The position numbers were made by a program, and so were the translations under genes. From Steroidobacteraceae bacterium (lineage in GTDB: Bacteria > Pseudomonadota > Gammaproteobacteria > Steroidobacterales > Steroidobacteraceae): a DNA stretch of 64,000 nucleotides. The notes under the pieces are model-generated. The model worked only from the letters and a program-made list of their open reading frames with translations. It was not told the DNA's origin and ran no database searches. Each line of letters begins with the position of its first letter. Within the stretch, counting starts at the first letter, position 1. Below, piece after piece: positions 44,625-54,866 of the stretch. Location: positions 36,727-100,726 of the forward strand of contig JBILMF010000001.1 of assembly GCA_044375655.1 (NCBI GenBank). The letters are read 5' to 3'.

Positions 44625-45844
44625 ACGCACCGGCCGATCCGCGGCGGCGCATGCTGCCCGTCGTCGCGATGGCCCTTTTCATCGACTCGCTCGGCATCGG
44701 CATCATCATCCCGGTCGCGCCGCAGCTCGTCATGGAGCTGTCGGGGCTAGGCCTCGCCGCTGCCGCACCGCTCGCCGGCTGGCTGACCTTTGCCTACGCC
44801 TCGATGCAGTTCATCTTCTCGCCGATCCTCGGCAACCTGAGCGATCGTCTGGGCCGCAAGCCCATACTGCTCGCATCGCTCGCGGCGCTGGCCGTGGACT
44901 ACGTCCTGATGGGTCTCGCTCCGAGCCTGTTCTGGCTGTTCATCGGTCGCATCATCGCCGGCATCGCCGGTGCGACCTTCGCCACCGCCAATGCGGTGGT
45001 CGCCGACATCATTCCGCCGGAGCAACGTGCCAAGTACTTCGGGCTGAACGGCGCCGCCTGGGGTATGGGCTTCATCGTCGGCCCGGTGGTCGGTGGCCTG
45101 CTGGGCCAATACGGGCCGCGGGTTCCGTTCTTCGCAGCGGCCGCCTTCACCGCACTCAACTTCCTCATCGCGCTCGCAGTGCTGCGCGAGACGCTGCCGG
45201 AGGGCGAGCGCCGCGCCTTCTCGGCACGGCGGGCGAACGTTCTCGGTGCGCTGCGCTCGATGCGCGCCATTCCGGGCGCGCTGCTGCTGCTGTGCGTGCT
45301 GTTCATGTACCAGATCGGCCACGATACGCTGCCGTCGACCTGGGCATGGATGACGATGGAGAAGTTCGGCTGGGGCGAGCGTGACGTCGGCATCTCGCTG
45401 GCCGTGCTCGGGCTCGGCACGGCGGTGGTACAGGGCGGGCTAGTGGGTCTGTTCACCCGCCGACTCGGCGAGCACCGCTCGGCACTCATCGGCCTTGCGG
45501 GCGGAGCAGCGGGATTCCTCGGCTACGCCCTCGCGACGACGCCGTGGATGCTGTTCGCGAGCGTGCCCCTCGCCTGTCTTATCGGCCTCACCATGCCGTC
45601 GATCCGCGCGATCCTGTCGCGGCAGGTGCCGGCGAACGCCCAAGGAGAGCTGCAGGGGGCAATCGCCGGCATCGTGAGCTTCACCGCGATCGTGACGCCC
45701 TTCACGATGACGCACCTGTTCAGCATCGCCACCGACACCTTGCACTTCCCGGGGGCGCCCTTCCTGGCCGCAGCGGTGTCGCTGCTCATCGGCGCCGCGC
45801 TGTTCGCGCGCCTGCGTCCGCAGGACACAACCGCCGCGGGATAG
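44621..45844 (+). CDS. MFS transporter, TetA/TCR-like
   Basis: Motif A GNLSDRLGRKP; 12 predicted TM helices. The GTG start overlaps the KAS III stop (GTGA). Confidence 0.85.
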   Translation: MNAPADPRRRMLPVVAMALFIDSLGIGIIIPVAPQLVMELSGLGLAAAAPLAGWLTFAYASMQFIFSPILGNLSDRLGRKPILLASLAALAVDYVLMGLAPSLFWLFIGRIIAGIAGATFATANAVVADIIPPEQRAKYFGLNGAAWGMGFIVGPVVGGLLGQYGPRVPFFAAAAFTALNFLIALAVLRETLPEGERRAFSARRANVLGALRSMRAIPGALLLLCVLFMYQIGHDTLPSTWAWMTMEKFGWGERDVGISLAVLGLGTAVVQGGLVGLFTRRLGEHRSALIGLAGGAAGFLGYALATTPWMLFASVPLACLIGLTMPSIRAILSRQVPANAQGELQGAIAGIVSFTAIVTPFTMTHLFSIATDTLHFPGAPFLAAAVSLLIGAALFARLRPQDTTAAG

Positions 45845-45857
45845 GCACGCCGCCTGT

Positions 45858-47138
45858 CTATCGTGCCCGTACCCAGGCGGCAAAGACGAGCAGCAGCACG
45901 TTGGCGCCAGCCATGATGATGAAAGGCGAGCCGGGCCGCCATTCGTCGAAGGTGATGCCGCCGATCTTGGAGATCGCGAGGATACCGAGCGCCCCAAAGA
46001 AACCCACCATACCGATCACGGCGCCGCGGATCGCACTCGGCGCCTCCTGCGCAATCAGCACCTGCGAAGCGAGGATGCCGCTCGCCTGACCTACCCCGAG
46101 CATCGCCGCCGCGCCGAACGCCGCGCCGCCGACCGCCGGATCCGGAGTGAAGCCCATCCAGCCATAGCCGACGATCGACAGCAGCGTGGCGATGATGACC
46201 AGAGTCACGCGATCGACCTTGTCCGCCATCCAGCCGAAGATGGGTGCCCAGAGCATGGCGCAGCCCTGCACGATGCCGAACAAAGCACCCTGGCGCGAGG
46301 ACGCCTCGGCGGCCGTGGCTCCGTCGGCGATGGCGGCGGTCTGCACCCACAGCGAGAGGAACAGCGCGACGATGACGAGATCGGCGCGGGCCGCGAACGA
46401 CGCCGCATAGGCGAGCGCGATGCGCGGCTCGCGGCCGGCAGCGAGTCCCTGCGCCAGCAGCGTGCGCAATGGCAGGCGCTCGGTGACCTGATCGGGCCGT
46501 CCGGGCTTGAGCCCGAGCATGACGAGGGCGCTGAACACGCAGACCGCGGCAATCGTCAGGTAGGCGAAGCGCCCCGCCTGCGTCTCGGTGGCGCCGAACC
46601 CCTGGTACATCTCCGGCAGGCGCGTCAGCACCGCGAAGAAAATCAACGCGCCTACGGCATTGAGGAAGAAGGAAATGCCGGTGAGTTTGCCGCGGTCGGC
46701 ATCGACGGGATAGTCGGCGAGCACGGTGGCGAGCATGCCGCCGAGCGCGGCGACGCCGACCGCATAGATGATGCGGTAGATCAGCAGCTGGCCGACATCG
46801 TCGGCGAACGGGTAGGCGGCGTAGGCAAGGCCGGTGATGAGGAAGCCGGCGATGTAAACCACGCGGCGGCCGACGCGGTCGGACATGGCACCGAACAGGC
46901 CGACGAAGAGCAGCGTGACGATCTCCTGCCAGAACTGCAGGTCACCGGAGACGGAACCGCGCTCCGCCACCGGCACACCGATGTTCACCTCGAGCAGGTA
47001 GGGCTGCAACGCGGTGATGTAGGTAAAGATGCCGATGCTGACAAAGGCCGCCCAAAGATAGGCGGCAACATGGCCTCGGGTGACCCCCGGCATCAGGCGG
47101 ACCGGACCGAACTTCAGGCCGGACGTGGCGTCGCTCAT
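45858..47138 (-). CDS. MFS transporter
   Basis: GAMSDRVGRRVV motif; about 12 hydrophobic helices. Confidence 0.85.
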   Translation of the reverse strand: MSDATSGLKFGPVRLMPGVTRGHVAAYLWAAFVSIGIFTYITALQPYLLEVNIGVPVAERGSVSGDLQFWQEIVTLLFVGLFGAMSDRVGRRVVYIAGFLITGLAYAAYPFADDVGQLLIYRIIYAVGVAALGGMLATVLADYPVDADRGKLTGISFFLNAVGALIFFAVLTRLPEMYQGFGATETQAGRFAYLTIAAVCVFSALVMLGLKPGRPDQVTERLPLRTLLAQGLAAGREPRIALAYAASFAARADLVIVALFLSLWVQTAAIADGATAAEASSRQGALFGIVQGCAMLWAPIFGWMADKVDRVTLVIIATLLSIVGYGWMGFTPDPAVGGAAFGAAAMLGVGQASGILASQVLIAQEAPSAIRGAVIGMVGFFGALGILAISKIGGITFDEWRPGSPFIIMAGANVLLLVFAAWVRAR

Positions 47139-47164
47139 GGCAGCTCTCCTGGCGGGCGGTTTTC

Positions 47165-47635
47165 TCAGCGGAACAGCCAGAAGGTCGGGTAGCGCGCATG
47201 CATGCGCGCGTCGAGTCCGTGCCAGTGGCCGGTCGGCCAGATCACGAAGGGCAGGAACATGAGCCCCAGCACGATCAGCGACGCATCATAGTAACCGCCG
47301 ATGGCAAAAGAAAACATCATGAGCATCGCACCGACGGCAGCGCCGCGCGTCATGAAGCCGAACAGCAGTCCGAGGCCGATGAAGGTCTCGCCGAGGCAGA
47401 CCATCCAGGCGAGCGGTTGGTAGTAGGGCAGGCCGATGTTCTCGATGAACCACGCACCGAAGGACTCGGGATCGATCTCTTCCAGCCGCTCGGTGAAGAT
47501 GCGCGCGAGGCGGTCGCTGCCGATGTACTGCTGCGTCCACTTGTTGGCGGCCGCGCCGATGAAGAACAGCGCCAGCAGGTAGCGCAGCGCAATCGCGGCG
47601 ATGCGTCCCGCACCGAGACGACGTCCGCCGCTCAC
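47165..47635 (-). CDS. DoxX-family membrane protein
   Basis: GTG at 47635 overlaps the upstream stop (GTGA). Four hydrophobic helices: LRYLLALFFIGAAANKW, ETFIGLGLLFG, AVGAMLMMFSFAIGG. Confidence 0.55.
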   Translation of the reverse strand: MSGGRRLGAGRIAAIALRYLLALFFIGAAANKWTQQYIGSDRLARIFTERLEEIDPESFGAWFIENIGLPYYQPLAWMVCLGETFIGLGLLFGFMTRGAAVGAMLMMFSFAIGGYYDASLIVLGLMFLPFVIWPTGHWHGLDARMHARYPTFWLFR

Positions 47636-48195
47636 CGCGGCGGTCCCGCCGGCAGCTCGCGGCCGAGCAGGCCACGCAGCCACGCATAGCCCTCGCGGCG
47701 CTTGAGGGTGGCGCACTGTCCCTGCAGCGTACCGTCGCGGCTCCGCCACCCGCCGTTGCGCATATCGATGCTGGCGTCCGGCAGGCTGATCAGGCCTGTC
47801 GCCGCATCTACCCGAGCCCGACCCTCCGCGAGCAGGACGCGTCGCGCGCCACCGTCATTTTCGTAGATGGTGAGCGGTCGGGTATCGGCGGTCTTGCGGC
47901 GCAGCCACTGCAGCAGATAGTCCCGGATGGTGGCCACCTGCGCCCAGAAGCTCTTTTCGCGAAGCCGATAAAGGACGTAACGCTCGCCTCCCGCTGAGGC
48001 GCTGCGCTCGCAGCGCAGGAAGTCGTCGCAGGTGCTGCACAGCAGGTTGATGCGGATCTGCAGTGACTCCGGCGGCAGCGGCACCGCTGCCGGCCCGCAG
48101 CCGCCGAGCGCGAGCAGACAGGTGAGGACCAGCGCCGCGGCCCGTCCACCCGGACGCCGACCCGTGGAGACACGAAGCTGCGGCATCTTTCCCAT
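47632..48195 (-). CDS. Lipoprotein of unknown function
   Basis: Lipobox LLALGGC, plus a CxxC and additional Cys residues (LLCSTCDDFLRC). Confidence 0.5.
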   Translation of the reverse strand: MGKMPQLRVSTGRRPGGRAAALVLTCLLALGGCGPAAVPLPPESLQIRINLLCSTCDDFLRCERSASAGGERYVLYRLREKSFWAQVATIRDYLLQWLRRKTADTRPLTIYENDGGARRVLLAEGRARVDAATGLISLPDASIDMRNGGWRSRDGTLQGQCATLKRREGYAWLRGLLGRELPAGPPR

Positions 48196-48297
48196 GCGCG
48201 GATTTCCCCGTGCGCCAACGGTGAAGTCAACCCGGGGGCCGGGCCGCGTGTACCTTGCGGACAGCGCCCTCGCAGGCAGCGGGCCGCAAGGCGCGGC

Positions 48298-49653
48298 TCA
48301 ACGCATGGTGACGAATTCTTCGGCGCTGGTGGGGTGGATGGCGACCGTCTCGTCGAAGTCGCGCTTGGTGGCACCCATCTTCACGGCGACGGCGAAGCCC
48401 TGCAGCATCTCGTCCGCGCCAGCGCCGATGACGTGGCAACCGACGATGCGCTGCTCGGCACCGACCGTCACGAGCTTCATCTCTGCCCGCGGCTTGCGCG
48501 GCGTCAGCGCGTGGTACATGGGCACGAACCCGGAGGTATAGACCTTGACGTCGGCCGCTCCATGGCGGTCCCGGGCTTCCTGCTCGCTCAGCCCCACGGT
48601 ACCGATGGGCGGGTGGCTGAAGACCACGGTCGGAATGTTCGAGTAGTCGAGACGACGCTCGGTCATGCCGCCGAACAGTCGATCGGCGAGGCGGCGGCCA
48701 GCGGCTATCGCCACCGGCGTCAGCAGCGCGCGGCCGGTCACATCACCGATGGCATGGATGCCGGCCACGTTGGTGCGCTGGAAGGGGTCGACGGCGATGT
48801 GGCCGGACTCGTCCAGGCTGACGCCGGCACGATCCAGACCGAGCTCGTCGACGAGCGGCTCGCGACCGATCGCCCAGATCACGCAGTCCCAGGGGCCGAG
48901 CGTGCGTCCATCGGCCGTCAGCAACCGCAGACTGCCGTCGACGTCGCGCTCGAGGGCGCGCGGTAGCGCATGCGTGACGAGGTCCATGCCGTCGTCACGC
49001 ATGATCTTCATGAGCGTATCGCCGAGCATCGCATCGAAGTGCCGCAGCACGCGATCACGGCGCAACACCAGGGACACCGCACTGCCGAGCGCCGCAAACA
49101 CCCCGGCGAGCTCGACGGCGATGTAGCCGCTGCCGACGACCGCGACGCGCGCAGGCCGCGACTCGAGGGCGAAGAAGCCGTCGGAGGTGATACCGAAGTG
49201 GGCGCCCGGAATCGCCGGTACCAGCGGCCGCCCGCCGGTGGCGATCACCACCTGCGGAGCCTCGAGGGTACAGTCGCCGACGCGCACCTCGCCGACGGCG
49301 GTGAAGCGGCCGTGGCCGCGCACCAGTTCGACCTTGCGGTTGGCGAGATTGCGTTCGTAGATGCCGTTCAGCCTCTGGATGTAGGCATCGCGGGCAGCGC
49401 GCAATGCACCCCAGTCGTGACCGGCCAGCGAGAGGTCGAAGCCGTAGTGCGGCGCATCGTGGGCCGCGTGGGCAATCTGCGCGGCATTCCACATCACCTT
49501 CTTGGGTACGCAGCCGACGTTGACACAGGTGCCACCGAGCCGCGCCGACTCGACGAGCGCGACTTTCGCGCCGTACTCCACGGCCCGCTGCGCGCAGGCG
49601 AGCCCGCCGCTGCCGCCACCGATCACCACCAGGTCGAAAGTTCGCGTCGTCAT
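48298..49653 (-). CDS. gor: Glutathione-disulfide reductase
   Basis: ATG at 49653. [11 protein letters not shown], redox centre [14 protein letters not shown]-terminus [13 protein letters not shown]. Confidence 0.9.
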   Translation of the reverse strand: MTTRTFDLVVIGGGSGGLACAQRAVEYGAKVALVESARLGGTCVNVGCVPKKVMWNAAQIAHAAHDAPHYGFDLSLAGHDWGALRAARDAYIQRLNGIYERNLANRKVELVRGHGRFTAVGEVRVGDCTLEAPQVVIATGGRPLVPAIPGAHFGITSDGFFALESRPARVAVVGSGYIAVELAGVFAALGSAVSLVLRRDRVLRHFDAMLGDTLMKIMRDDGMDLVTHALPRALERDVDGSLRLLTADGRTLGPWDCVIWAIGREPLVDELGLDRAGVSLDESGHIAVDPFQRTNVAGIHAIGDVTGRALLTPVAIAAGRRLADRLFGGMTERRLDYSNIPTVVFSHPPIGTVGLSEQEARDRHGAADVKVYTSGFVPMYHALTPRKPRAEMKLVTVGAEQRIVGCHVIGAGADEMLQGFAVAVKMGATKRDFDETVAIHPTSAEEFVTMR

Positions 49654-49744
49654 GCGCGCATCGTACCTCGCCATCGGGCAGGTTGCCGCCGACCACGCCG
49701 ACCTGCGAACCTGCGGGCATATCGCCCAGCACGGACCCGTCGCC

Positions 49745-50524
49745 ATGCCCAAGACCACGATCGCTACCTGGAACGTCAATTCGCTGCGGGTACGTCTGCC
49801 GCAACTGTCCGAATGGGCGGCAGCAGCCCGGCCGGATATCCTCGCGCTGCAGGAAACCAAGCTGCCGGATGCGGACTTTCCCGCCGCGGACATCGCCGCG
49901 CTCGGCTATCAGGCCCTCTGGAGCGGCCAACGCACCTACAACGGCGTCGCGGTGCTGGCACGCGGGCCACTGCGCCTGCTGGCCACCGACATCCCCGGAT
50001 TCACCGACGAGCAGCGGCGTGTGCTCGCCGTCGAGACTGACGGCCTGCTGATCCTCGACCTGTACGTGCCGAACGGCCAACAGCCTGGCTCCGACAAATA
50101 CGATTACAAGCTGCGCTGGCTGGATGCGCTCGAGCGCTGGCTGCGCGACACCCTGTTGCCCGGCCGCGAGGCGATCGTGCTCGGCGACTTCAACATCGCG
50201 CCGGAGGATCGGGACGTCCACGATCCAGCGGCGTGGGAGGGCAGCGTCCACGTCAGCGCGCCGGAGCGCGCGGCATACCGCAGGTTGCTCGACGTCGGGC
50301 TCGTCGACGTGTTCCGGCAGTTCGAGCAGCCGGCGCAGTCTTTCAGCTGGTGGGACTACCGCGCCGGCGCCTTTCGTCGCAATCACGGTCTGCGCATCGA
50401 CCTCATACTCGCGACCCCGGGGCTCGCGCAACGCTGCGCCGCCTGTCGCATCGACCGGGAGCCGCGGCGTGCCGAGCGGCCGTCAGACCACGCTCCGGTG
50501 ATCGCGGAGTTCGAACGCGAGTGA
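49745..50524 (+). CDS. xthA: Exodeoxyribonuclease III
   Basis: ATG at 49745. [38 protein letters not shown]. Confidence 0.9.
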   Translation: MPKTTIATWNVNSLRVRLPQLSEWAAAARPDILALQETKLPDADFPAADIAALGYQALWSGQRTYNGVAVLARGPLRLLATDIPGFTDEQRRVLAVETDGLLILDLYVPNGQQPGSDKYDYKLRWLDALERWLRDTLLPGREAIVLGDFNIAPEDRDVHDPAAWEGSVHVSAPERAAYRRLLDVGLVDVFRQFEQPAQSFSWWDYRAGAFRRNHGLRIDLILATPGLAQRCAACRIDREPRRAERPSDHAPVIAEFERE

Positions 50525-51223
50525 CTGCGGCGGCGGCGGATCGACGCCGGCGACGAAGCGCTGGTGCAGCGCCGGAAGTCGGGACAGCACCACCTCGCGG
50601 CCCTCGAGCGGCGCGGTGGCGAGCGCGCTCTGCAGCAGTTGCGGACTGAGTCGCTGCAGGCACTCGGCCGCCAGCGGCGCAAAACTCAGGTGCCAGGGCT
50701 CCGGGCTCACACCGGCCCCTGCAGTCGCGTAGGGCCGATAGAAGCCGAAGCGCTGCATGTTGTCGTCCAGCCAGGCGGTCAGCCGCGCAAACGGTCCGCC
50801 TGCGGCGTACTCCTGCGGGACCAGCTGCAGCATCGACGGATCGGCGAGCGCGGCACCGTCGAACACATCGAGGTCGCTGCCCCAGTGATGCCGGCTGGCA
50901 CCGGGAAGCGCCGACCAGAACAGGATCGCCTCGATCCTCGCTGGCGGCGGCAACGATCCCGCCGCGAGCAGCCGGCCATCGCGGTCGTGGAGCGCTCGCG
51001 CGCCAAGGAACTTCGCGTTCCAGATCGCCAGCTGCCGATCGAAGTCGCGGAAGGACGAGGCCGCGCGCAAGTCCAGGCCGGCGTCGCGAGCGGCGTCGCG
51101 CATGGCGAGAAAGGCGTCCAGCGCTGCGCGGTGCAACACGCATGGAGGCTCGGCGCCCTCGACGACGTGGCTGCGGCGGCGCCCGGTCAGCTCGAAATCA
51201 TCGAGCGGGCGCAGCAAGCTCAT
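50483..51223 (-). CDS. M15-family (VanY/LAS-type) D-Ala-D-Ala carboxypeptidase
   Basis: [19 protein letters not shown] and EPWH are Zn-ligand and catalytic motifs. Confidence 0.75.
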   Translation of the reverse strand: MSLLRPLDDFELTGRRRSHVVEGAEPPCVLHRAALDAFLAMRDAARDAGLDLRAASSFRDFDRQLAIWNAKFLGARALHDRDGRLLAAGSLPPPARIEAILFWSALPGASRHHWGSDLDVFDGAALADPSMLQLVPQEYAAGGPFARLTAWLDDNMQRFGFYRPYATAGAGVSPEPWHLSFAPLAAECLQRLSPQLLQSALATAPLEGREVVLSRLPALHQRFVAGVDPPPPQSLAFELRDHRSVV

Positions 51224-51836
51224 CGATCACCTGCAGGAACAGCGCGAGCGGCTGTGCACCGGAGAATCCGCGGCGACGGTCGAATACGAACGTCGGCACG
51301 CCGCTGATCTGCGAGCGCTGCGCGAGCGCCTCAAGCTGCTCGATCGCCGCGTGCCGCTGCGGATCGTCGAGGGCGGCGGCGATCAGCGCGTCGTCCATGC
51401 CAGCGGCGATACCGATGGCCCGCAGCACATCGGGATCGCCGATATCCCGACCCTCGGTGAAGTAGGCGGCGAACAGCCGCCGGACCACCTCGCCCTGCAG
51501 CACCGCGGAATGGTCACCCGCCACCGCCGTCAGCGCGTGCGCACGGCGCGTGTTGGGTGCCCGCTCGATCGCATCGAAACGGAAATCGATACCAAGCTCC
51601 GCACCGATCGCGAGCAGTTGTCGCTGGCCGTCGGCGAACGGATCGGGTCGGCCGAACCGCTCGATGAGGTACTCGCGGCGGTTGCGCCCGGCGAGCGGCA
51701 TCGATGAGTTGAGTTCGAAAGGCAGCCAGACGACCTGCAGGCCGCACCCGCTGCGCGCCGCCAGCGCCTGCTGCAGCCTTGCCAGCCCGACGTAGCACCA
51801 GGGGCAGATGAAATCCGCGAACACTTCGATCCGCAT
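51198..51836 (-). CDS. DsbA-family (FrnE/HCCA isomerase-like) thiol oxidoreductase
   Basis: MRIEVFADFICPWCYVG (CPWC active site). Confidence 0.8.
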   Translation of the reverse strand: MRIEVFADFICPWCYVGLARLQQALAARSGCGLQVVWLPFELNSSMPLAGRNRREYLIERFGRPDPFADGQRQLLAIGAELGIDFRFDAIERAPNTRRAHALTAVAGDHSAVLQGEVVRRLFAAYFTEGRDIGDPDVLRAIGIAAGMDDALIAAALDDPQRHAAIEQLEALAQRSQISGVPTFVFDRRRGFSGAQPLALFLQVIDELAAPAR

Positions 51837-51953
51837 GGGCGGCGAGCATACACGCCCGCATCGCTCCGGCGCCGCGGCAACGCCGTTCCGTCATCCCGCA
51901 TTGCCGCTCGTGGAACCGTGTGCGCGGGCCTCCGAGGCCATAGAATCGCGGCC

Positions 51954-53954
51954 GTGATCCACCTGCGCGAACTGCGGCTGCGGCGCGGCCCTGAAGTACT
52001 CATCGACGGCGCCACGCTGAGCATTCTGCGCGGCGAGAAGGTCGGCATCGTCGGCCGCAACGGCTGCGGCAAGTCATCGCTGCTCGCGCTGCTGCAGGGA
52101 ACGATGGCGGCGGACCTAGGCCAGTTCGAGTTCCCGGCGAATCTCGCGGTCGCCACCGTGGCGCAGGAGTTGCCGCACTCGCAGCAACCGGTGGTCGAGC
52201 ACGTCATCGACGGCGATGCGGCGCTGCGGCGCTGCGAACGCGAGCTCGCTGCGGCCGAGGCAGCCGGCGACGGGGTGGCGCAGGCACATTGGCTCGGCGA
52301 GTTCGAGTCCTGCGGCGGCTACACGGCCCGCGCGCGCGCCGCGGCGCTCCTCGACGGGTTGGGTTTCGACCCGGCTGCGATCGACCAGCCCATCGCCGCG
52401 TTCTCCGGCGGTCTGCGCATGCGCGCCAATCTCGCGCGTGCGCTGATGTGTCCGTCGGATGTGCTGCTGCTCGACGAACCCACCAATCACCTGGACCTCG
52501 ACGCGGTGCTGTGGCTCGAGGGCTGGCTCCGTGCCTACCCCGGGACGCTGCTCGTGGTCTCGCACGATCGCGACTTTCTCGATGCGGTGATCGACCGCGT
52601 GCTGCACATCGTCGGCCGGCGCATCGACAGCTATTCGGGCAACTTCACCGGCTTCGAGAGCCAGCGCGCCGCGCGTGCGGCGCAGCTGCAAGCGGCAAAC
52701 GAGAAATTGCGGCGCGAGGCCGAGCACGTCCGCAGCTTCATCGAGCGCTTCCGCGCCAAAGCCAGCAAGGCACGGCAGGCACAAAGCCGCATCAAGTGGC
52801 TGGAGCGATTGCCCGCCATCGTCACGCAACGCGCGCAGATCACGCACGACTGGCAGTTCGCCCCGCCGCGCAAGCTGCCCTCGCCGCTGGTGGTGCTGGA
52901 GGACCTGGATGCCGGCTACGGCACGCGTGACGGTACCGGGGACGGCGCGCGTACCGTGATCGCCGCGGTGAGGCTGTCGATCGCCCCCGGGGCGCGGCTT
53001 GGCATCCTCGGCCGGAACGGCGCCGGTAAATCCACGCTGATGAAGTCGATCGCCGGTGAGCTGGCACCGCTGTCGGGTACGCGCACCGCAGCGGCCGATC
53101 TCGAGACCGGTTTCTTCGCCCAGCTGGAGGTCGACCAGCTCGATACCGGAGGCACGGCGCTGCTCGAACTCACGCGTCGCGGCGGTCCAGAGGCAGCCGC
53201 GTGGAGCGAGCAGCAAAAACGGGATCATCTGGGACGGTTCGGATTCGGCGGCGAGCGGGTGTTCGAGCCGGTGGCCAACTTCTCCGGCGGCGAGCGGGCC
53301 AGGCTGTCGCTCGCCATCCTGGTGGCGCGCCGCCCCAACCTGCTGCTGCTCGACGAACCGACCAATCACCTCGACATGGAGGCGCGCGACACGCTGCTGC
53401 TCGCCCTGCAGGAGTTTCCGGGCGCCGTGGTGCTCGTCTCGCACGACCGGGGACTGCTCGGCAGTGTCTGCGACGAATTCGTGCTGGTAGGTCAGGGCCG
53501 GGTCGCGCCGTTCGATGGCGACCTCGCCGACTATGCCGACTGGCTAGCGAAGCAGTCGCGAGAGTCGCGCAAGGGTGCGGCGGGCGCGACGCGCTCGACG
53601 GCGACGGGGGCTGCAGGGCCGACCGGCAGCGCGGGAGACACGGGCAGCGGTGCCGGGGCGACGGGCGCGGCTGACCCGCGACGCGAACGCCGGCGGCTCG
53701 AAGCACAAGCACGCCAGGAGCTCGCGCCACTGCGCGCCCAGTTGCGACAACTCGAGCAGGAGCTGGACTCGCTGGGCAAGTCGCGGGTGGCGATGGAGGC
53801 GAAGCTCGCGGATCCAGCCTTCTACGCGTCGAACGATGCGGCGCTGAGAACGCTGCCGCTGGAGCACGCCACTCTGTTGCAAAGGATCGATGCGCTGGAG
53901 AGCCGCTGGCTGGAACTCGGCAGCGAACTCGAGCAGCTCACGGCGAGCCGATAA
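51954..53954 (+). CDS. ABC-F family ATPase (two ABC cassettes, no TM domain)
   Basis: GTG at 51954. Walker A GRNGCGKSS and GRNGAGKST; signatures FSGGLRMR and FSGGERARL; C-terminal coiled coil. Confidence 0.85.
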   Translation: MIHLRELRLRRGPEVLIDGATLSILRGEKVGIVGRNGCGKSSLLALLQGTMAADLGQFEFPANLAVATVAQELPHSQQPVVEHVIDGDAALRRCERELAAAEAAGDGVAQAHWLGEFESCGGYTARARAAALLDGLGFDPAAIDQPIAAFSGGLRMRANLARALMCPSDVLLLDEPTNHLDLDAVLWLEGWLRAYPGTLLVVSHDRDFLDAVIDRVLHIVGRRIDSYSGNFTGFESQRAARAAQLQAANEKLRREAEHVRSFIERFRAKASKARQAQSRIKWLERLPAIVTQRAQITHDWQFAPPRKLPSPLVVLEDLDAGYGTRDGTGDGARTVIAAVRLSIAPGARLGILGRNGAGKSTLMKSIAGELAPLSGTRTAAADLETGFFAQLEVDQLDTGGTALLELTRRGGPEAAAWSEQQKRDHLGRFGFGGERVFEPVANFSGGERARLSLAILVARRPNLLLLDEPTNHLDMEARDTLLLALQEFPGAVVLVSHDRGLLGSVCDEFVLVGQGRVAPFDGDLADYADWLAKQSRESRKGAAGATRSTATGAAGPTGSAGDTGSGAGATGAADPRRERRRLEAQARQELAPLRAQLRQLEQELDSLGKSRVAMEAKLADPAFYASNDAALRTLPLEHATLLQRIDALESRWLELGSELEQLTASR

Positions 53955-54020
53955 GGCGCCGAGGCGCTGACTTCGCGGTGCAGCCCCTCGCAAAGACGGG
54001 GGCTCGCAAAGACGGGAGGT

Positions 54021-54055
54021 GGAAAAGAAAAAAGGGCGGATCTTGCGATCCGCCC
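54021..54055 (-). terminator. Rho-independent terminator of the MCE/Mla-type operon
   Basis: Perfect 9-bp stem GGGCGGATC/GATCCGCCC (54034-54042 / 54047-54055) with a 4-nt loop. On the minus strand it is followed by TTTTTTCTTTTC. Confidence 0.65.
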
Positions 54056-54191
54056 GAACGGGGGTCACTCGTCAGAAGGGACGGTTGACGAGCGACAGTC
54101 TACCGGCTCGCTTTGAGTTGTCAAGCATTTGTTCTATACAAATGCTGGACAGAAGGGTGGGACGACCCGGAACCGCAGACTTGAGCGGAGG

Positions 54192-54866
54192 TTAGAGCCC
54201 GCCTGTTGCCGTTCCATGACCATCAGCGGACGTTTCGATGACTTGTTTTGTCCGTTCTGCGGTCACGGTCAGAACCTCTCCGGCAGCGCGCTCGAATGCT
54301 TCGACGATCGCCGACATGCGGTTGGCACCGGCCGACACCGTCGCCTCGGCGACGAAGTTGCCGAGCACGTGGCGGTCACGCCGCCGCACCACCGACCCGT
54401 CGATGATGATGCGGACGAGCGGCGCCACGCCCTCGCGCCGATACTCGGCGTCGAAGCGCCGAACGCTGAGCCGCAGCATGTAGGTCGCAGCGACCGGCGC
54501 GGCGGCATCGTAAACCTCTAGCCGGGCTACGCCGCGCAACGCACCGAGAGCGAGTTCGCCGACGACCTGTGGCAGCTCGTCGGGCCAGCGGCTAGCCGCG
54601 AACACATCCAGCCGGCGATCGGGGCGGGTGACTAGCAGCGCGGCGGTGGCATAGCCAGGGGCGACTACGACGGGCGCCAGCTGCAGCACCGCTGCCGCAG
54701 CGCCACGCGTAGCCGCAGGATCGCCCTGCAGCGTGGTCTGCGGCATTGGCACGAAGTCGGGACGCAGCACGTAGGTCACGGGTGCCGGATTGCGGTCGGT
54801 GAATAGGCCGCCGCAGGCCGTGAGCGCGAGCGACAGCGCCAGCAGCGCGAGGGTACGGTAGGTCAT
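54192..54866 (-). CDS. ABC-transport auxiliary lipoprotein (PqiC/DUF330-like)
   Basis: Lipobox LSLALTAC. About 220 aa, immediately after the MlaD-like gene with a 4-nt overlap. Confidence 0.7.
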   Translation of the reverse strand: MTYRTLALLALSLALTACGGLFTDRNPAPVTYVLRPDFVPMPQTTLQGDPAATRGAAAAVLQLAPVVVAPGYATAALLVTRPDRRLDVFAASRWPDELPQVVGELALGALRGVARLEVYDAAAPVAATYMLRLSVRRFDAEYRREGVAPLVRIIIDGSVVRRRDRHVLGNFVAEATVSAGANRMSAIVEAFERAAGEVLTVTAERTKQVIETSADGHGTATGGL

